The notes under the pieces: model-generated | What the model was told of the DNA's origin: nothing | The model's database searches: none | The model's input: the letters and a program-made list of their open reading frames with translations, nothing else | Position numbers and translations under genes: made by a program | Shown: positions 60,002 through 64,000 of the stretch, one piece after another | Layout of the letters: every line of letters starts with the position of its first letter | How positions within the stretch are numbered: position 1 is the stretch's first letter | From: Dimorphilus gyrociliatus | Lineage: Eukaryota; Animalia; Annelida | Assembly (NCBI GenBank): GCA_904063045.1 | Contig: CAJFCJ010000019.1 | Span: 1,168,570-1,232,569 of the forward strand | Length of the DNA: 64,000 nt | Reading direction: 5' to 3'

Positions 60002-61519
60002 ATGTCTGAAGCACTACTTGTTTTAACTAGACCACTTCACGTTCTACGATATAACACAAGGGAAATATTAAAAACTGCAGCGCAATATGCAAGTAGGGCT
60101 GTTTACATTCACGTGACGAATGATGAACTTCACTCTCCTGTCCCACAAAATGACTCCCTGCGAAGATTTTTAGTCTCGATATATGGCGAAAGCTCTAAAT
60201 ATAAATTGGATGTTCGCTTCCTATTACATAATGTAGGAATTTCGCCACCCCAATCAATTACCCTTGGCTATGGGCAGTACGAAACACTTTTGACAGATTC
60301 TAACGAATCACAAACCGTCGCAAAGTATGCCAAAGAGCACATTCTACAAGCAGCGTCGGCTTTAAATGTCATCAAATTAGAACTTAATACCCAAGTTGAA
60401 CCAGAAAAAGAGGAAGTCTTTAAAACGTACGATAATGTTTGCTTAGGCGGAACTTTCGATAGACTTCACGCTGGACATAAAATTCTATTAAGTTATGGTG
60501 CTATGCAAGCGAAAAAGGGTATTATAGTCGGTGTATCGGACGAGTGCTTAACAAAGAAGAAAGTCCTGAAGGAATTAATTGTGCCAATGGAGCGGCGCAT
60601 GGCTGATGTTAACGAATTCTTAAAGGATGTTCGTCCATCTATTAAAAGAGATTTAAGACAATTGTCGGATCCTTTTGGCCCTGCCATTACAGAAAGTGAT
60701 TTGGATGCGATAGTTGTTAGTGATGAAACAAAGACGGGAGGAGATGCTATTAACCAAAAGAGACGTGAGAAGAATTTATCCATTTTAGACATATCAATTG
60801 TAGACTTAGTTAAAGACGAGATACGGGAAGAGGAAAATGAAGAAGAGAAAATTAGCTCTTCATCTTGTCGAAGGAGGCTGTTAGGGACTCTTTTAAAGCC
60901 TCCTGTCAAATCAGAAGGGAAGCCTTACGTTATTGGTCTGACAGGTAGTATGGCGTCTGGTAAGTCTTCTGTTTGTAAAAGGTTGAAAGGTCTTGGAGCT
61001 CATATTGTTGATTGCGACAAGCTTGGGCATAAAGCCTACTTACCAGGGACTGAGACTATCGAGCTCATAAGAAAACGCTTTGGTGACGACGTAATCGCCA
61101 AAGACGGCACTGTAGATAGAAAGCAACTGGGGGCTAAAGTTTTTGCCGATAAGCAATCGCTCGAGGACTTGAATAAGATTGTCTGGCCTGCTATTCAGAA
61201 ACTTGCACAGGAAGAAATTAAAACTTCAGACAAAGATATTGTAGTTCTAGATGCAGCTGTTCTTTTGGAAGCGAATTGGCATGAAAACACTCACGAAGTT
61301 TGGGTTGTCATCATACCGCAAGAAGAAGCAGTCAAGAGGATAGTAGACAGAAATAAAATTACCGAAGAACAAGCAATTATGCGTCTGGAAAAGCAAATGA
61401 GTAACGCTAAGAGAATAGAGCATGCAAATGTTGTCCTCAGTACACTATGGGAACCCAGTGTGACTCAAAGGCAAGTAGAGAAAGCCTGGAGTCTTTTACA
61501 ACAACGATATAATAAGTAA
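60002..61519 (+). CDS. COASY: Bifunctional coenzyme A synthase (PPAT plus dephospho-CoA kinase), intronless CDS
   Basis: LGGTFDRLHAGHKILL (HxGH), DPFGPA, EKISSS, and P-loop GLTGSMASGKS. Confidence 0.97.
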   Translation: MSEALLVLTRPLHVLRYNTREILKTAAQYASRAVYIHVTNDELHSPVPQNDSLRRFLVSIYGESSKYKLDVRFLLHNVGISPPQSITLGYGQYETLLTDSNESQTVAKYAKEHILQAASALNVIKLELNTQVEPEKEEVFKTYDNVCLGGTFDRLHAGHKILLSYGAMQAKKGIIVGVSDECLTKKKVLKELIVPMERRMADVNEFLKDVRPSIKRDLRQLSDPFGPAITESDLDAIVVSDETKTGGDAINQKRREKNLSILDISIVDLVKDEIREEENEEEKISSSSCRRRLLGTLLKPPVKSEGKPYVIGLTGSMASGKSSVCKRLKGLGAHIVDCDKLGHKAYLPGTETIELIRKRFGDDVIAKDGTVDRKQLGAKVFADKQSLEDLNKIVWPAIQKLAQEEIKTSDKDIVVLDAAVLLEANWHENTHEVWVVIIPQEEAVKRIVDRNKITEEQAIMRLEKQMSNAKRIEHANVVLSTLWEPSVTQRQVEKAWSLLQQRYNK

Positions 61520-61695
61520 ATATCTATTTGAAATTGATAACTATTCATTCAAAATTTTTAAATTTGCATTGATGCTAGAAATAATTGATTAATAACATGA
61601 GAAAGACGGACGATCGATATATAATATTCGATTGATAAATACCAAACGACAGTTTGTTTTTTTTTCGTTTAAATATATAAAATAGATACGCTTCC

Positions 61696-64000
61696 TTAAC
61701 CATCTGAAGGTGGATGAGCAGCAGGCAATTTACCATTAAATTCTTTACCGTGAACTTCAGGCTGATAGGTTAATAAGACAACCATTACCCATAAATGTAG
61801 TAGTATCATATAAATAATCACAAACACCCTTGCTATAGGATATCGCCTGAGGAAAACACCAAGTCTTATACTAAAGCGATCTATATTATTAGCAGCTCTT
61901 TTAACTCTTCGGGTAACGTCTCCATCGGCAGGAGATTCTCTCATAAACATTGGTGTCCTCTGTCGAACGTCTTCGTCTTCCATAATATTTATTGTGGCAT
62001 GAGATCTTATATTACTAGCTTGTAATTCCTTATATTGATACTGTAATTATAGTAATTAGATAAAAGTACTTAAAAAGCTTACAAGTTCTCTTTTGTTGTT
62101 ACCTCAAGTCTTTCAAATTGCAGTGATAGCGAGTTTTTTTCAGTACTCAATGCCTCAACCATTGTTTGTTTATGAATTAGACTTTCGGTCAATGCGTGAA
62201 GTCTGTTCTCCAATTCAGCCTCATTTGAATTTGGGGCTGGCCTAGATAAAAGCTGAAAATTGGAAGGAATAGTAATTTTCCATTGGCACAGGAAAGATGT
62301 AAAGAGACCCCTTAATTACCTGCGATCGTAGTTTTTCTACCTCATTCTCTTTTTCTTTTAGTTTTGTTTGTAAAGAAGCTTTCTGCTTTATTAACTCCTC
62401 ACCGGCTAAATCAAGTTGCTGTTTTTGTCGAGAACTCTCATGCTCCAATTCACGGCATTTGCGCTTTTCGCTCTCTAATTCCTCTCGGCAGTGGCTAAGA
62501 TTTTCGTTTACATCTTCAATGTCTGTTGCAAATTGAACTTCAGTATCCTGGAGTTCGGTTCGAAGGGTTTCGATTGTAGCTCTTGTATGTTGTAATTCCT
62601 CTCTTAAGAACTCCTTCTCTTCTGTTAATTCACGGATCTCGCTGGCGGCAATATCCGACTCACCACCATCACCAGATTTTAAACTCTCAATCAATCTCTC
62701 TTTGGATTGTAAAATCCGAGTAGCTTTTTCCTTGTATTCTGTCAATTCTCTTTTTGCATTATCTAAAGAGACTTTAAAATTTTTCAATTGCGAGACGGCA
62801 TCAGATTTTTGAGTTTGTTCTTCTGTAAGGCGCCTTTGAGCAGTGGCTAAAGCTCCCGAGATACTCTGATGTTGATCCTCTAGCTTAGCAATTAAATCAG
62901 TATACTCTCTCTCTTTTTTCTGAAATTCATTCTTTTCACGGTCGGTTGTCCTTTGCACCTCTTCTAAACGATCTTTCACGCTTTCTAAAGCTTGAGATTG
63001 AACACCTGATACGGACGTATGGTCTTGTAAAATTCTGGAGAGCAAAGAGAAGAGTATTTTATAATCAACAAAAAAAAAACAATACTATGAAAAGCTTTTA
63101 TTGTGTCCCTGAGGACGAATTTCTAATGTCCTAAAAACCTTCATTTGACCCTATTGTCTATAGCAAATGTTTTGGCCAAAGCACGTGATCGACACATCTA
63201 CGTGTAAAAGTTAGAATCGAGTCTTAGGAGAAACCATGAAGAGCAAAATTTTGATGGCCACCGAAATTTACAAGCATATCGTAAACAAGCCCTTTTTTGC
63301 AAGGCACGTCGGTTCGTTTACTCACGAAGATTACGGAAATGAACGTCGCCTTATTCAAGTACAAGATGTCAAAATGGAAGTTTTACTCTCAAAAACTGAT
63401 AACCTATTAAAGGAGCATGACTTACATCTGAAAACTGGTTTTCATAAACAGCATAATGATTATATAATCTATCCTCCTCTAAATGAGGAATTTATCAAAG
63501 TTGAGAATTTAATTCTCAACAAAACGTATCAATTTGTCATTACTGGTGTAACATTCATTAAGCACCTTGATACTGACTTCGCTGTAAATATTCACGTTCA
63601 AGCGATAGAAGATACTGAATAGACAACAAGTTTGTTAATTGTGTCAACATATCTTAATACTTGTATGTCTAAATAAAAACGTATTTAAAATAAAAACTAT
63701 TTCTTTAGCGCATCTGTAATATTTTCTTTTTTTGTACAAACCTTGACTTTTCGCCTTGCAGTTCTTCGATTATTTCTTTTTTAGACATTAATGCTTTATC
63801 GTTTTCTTCGAGCCTTACTCTCAGAACAGCTAATTGTGAGTCTTTAGCGTTTAATGCTTCGTTAAAGTCGGTCTCTTTAGATCTTAAATCTCGAAGTGCT
63901 TGGTCGATTTTAGATATTTCGTAATTTTTTTGGTTTATCTGGGATTGCAGTTTTTTTGATTCTAATTGGAAAACATAGAAAAAAATCTTAATTTTGTTCA
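61696..64000 (-). CDS. GOLGA5: Golgin-84, 5' part outside the window
   Basis: AKDSQLAVLRVRLEE...LQGEKSR|ILQD; ELTEYKEKATRILQSKERLIESLK; TM tail IRLGVFLRRYPIARVFVIIYMILLHLWVMVVLLTYQPEVH. Confidence 0.93.
63236..63622 (+). CDS. Uncharacterised 128-aa intronless ORF nested antisense in a GOLGA5 intron (63035-63741)
   Basis: Good start context (ACCATGA), 387-nt open frame in AT-rich DNA, AATAAA at 63672-63677. Confidence 0.65.
   Translation: MKSKILMATEIYKHIVNKPFFARHVGSFTHEDYGNERRLIQVQDVKMEVLLSKTDNLLKEHDLHLKTGFHKQHNDYIIYPPLNEEFIKVENLILNKTYQFVITGVTFIKHLDTDFAVNIHVQAIEDTE

Noticed and set aside
60493-60909. Antisense ORFs over real genes (also 5130-5333, 9310-9585, 23551-24175, 39243-39563, 44839-45282)
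   Set aside because: Shadow frames of conserved coding sequence with no independent motifs or splice support.
1-64000. tRNA, rRNA, CRISPR arrays, prokaryotic defence systems, intact mobile elements
   Set aside because: None seen; the window is spliceosomal-intron-rich eukaryotic DNA with no repeat-spacer arrays, cloverleafs or transposase/RT ORFs. A covariance-model scan could still find small RNAs I missed.

Overview
AT-rich, very gene-dense eukaryotic (metazoan) genomic DNA with about 26-27 protein-coding genes in 64 kb and many short GT-AG introns (often 40-110 nt), so the ORF track shows only fragments of most genes. I rebuilt spliced models by hand using splice phase; protein identifications rest on remembered family motifs, not database searches. 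Genes in order: MIPOL1-like(-), orphan 2-TM ORF(-), GPS2(-), abLIM-like(+), UPB1(-), RAB15-like(-), SV2-like(-) with a TMEM26-like gene(+) nested in its first intron, SFT2D3(-), LRSAM1(-), GALNT(+), AT-hook/bZIP(-), a 112-aa tail-anchored protein(+), an 11-exon divergent STAT(+), SRSF3-like(+), FIRRM/C1orf112(+), LRRC6/DNAAF11(-), DUF389(+), RPL10A(+), FBXL4(-), AP4M1(+), RGS7-like(-), secreted VWA protein(+), CATSPER1-like(-), COASY(+), and GOLGA5(-, runs off the right edge) with a 128-aa intronless ORF nested in one intron. Retention of AP-4, CatSper and LRSAM1 plus the compaction suggests a non-insect, non-nematode invertebrate, possibly a miniaturised spiralian (inference only). I could not support any tRNA, rRNA, CRISPR array or transposon. 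Top leads: (1) a STAT with an intact SH2 phosphotyrosine pocket but a collapsed coiled coil and degenerate DNA-binding motifs; (2) a multi-hairpin element between two 5' splice sites in RPL10A intron 2, a candidate uL1 autoregulatory element; (3) CatSper1 in an apparent invertebrate; (4) two antisense nested genes, one with a possible viral-type OB-fold; (5) a perfect double-CLEAR palindrome between FBXL4 and AP4M1; (6) an SRSF3 poison exon.
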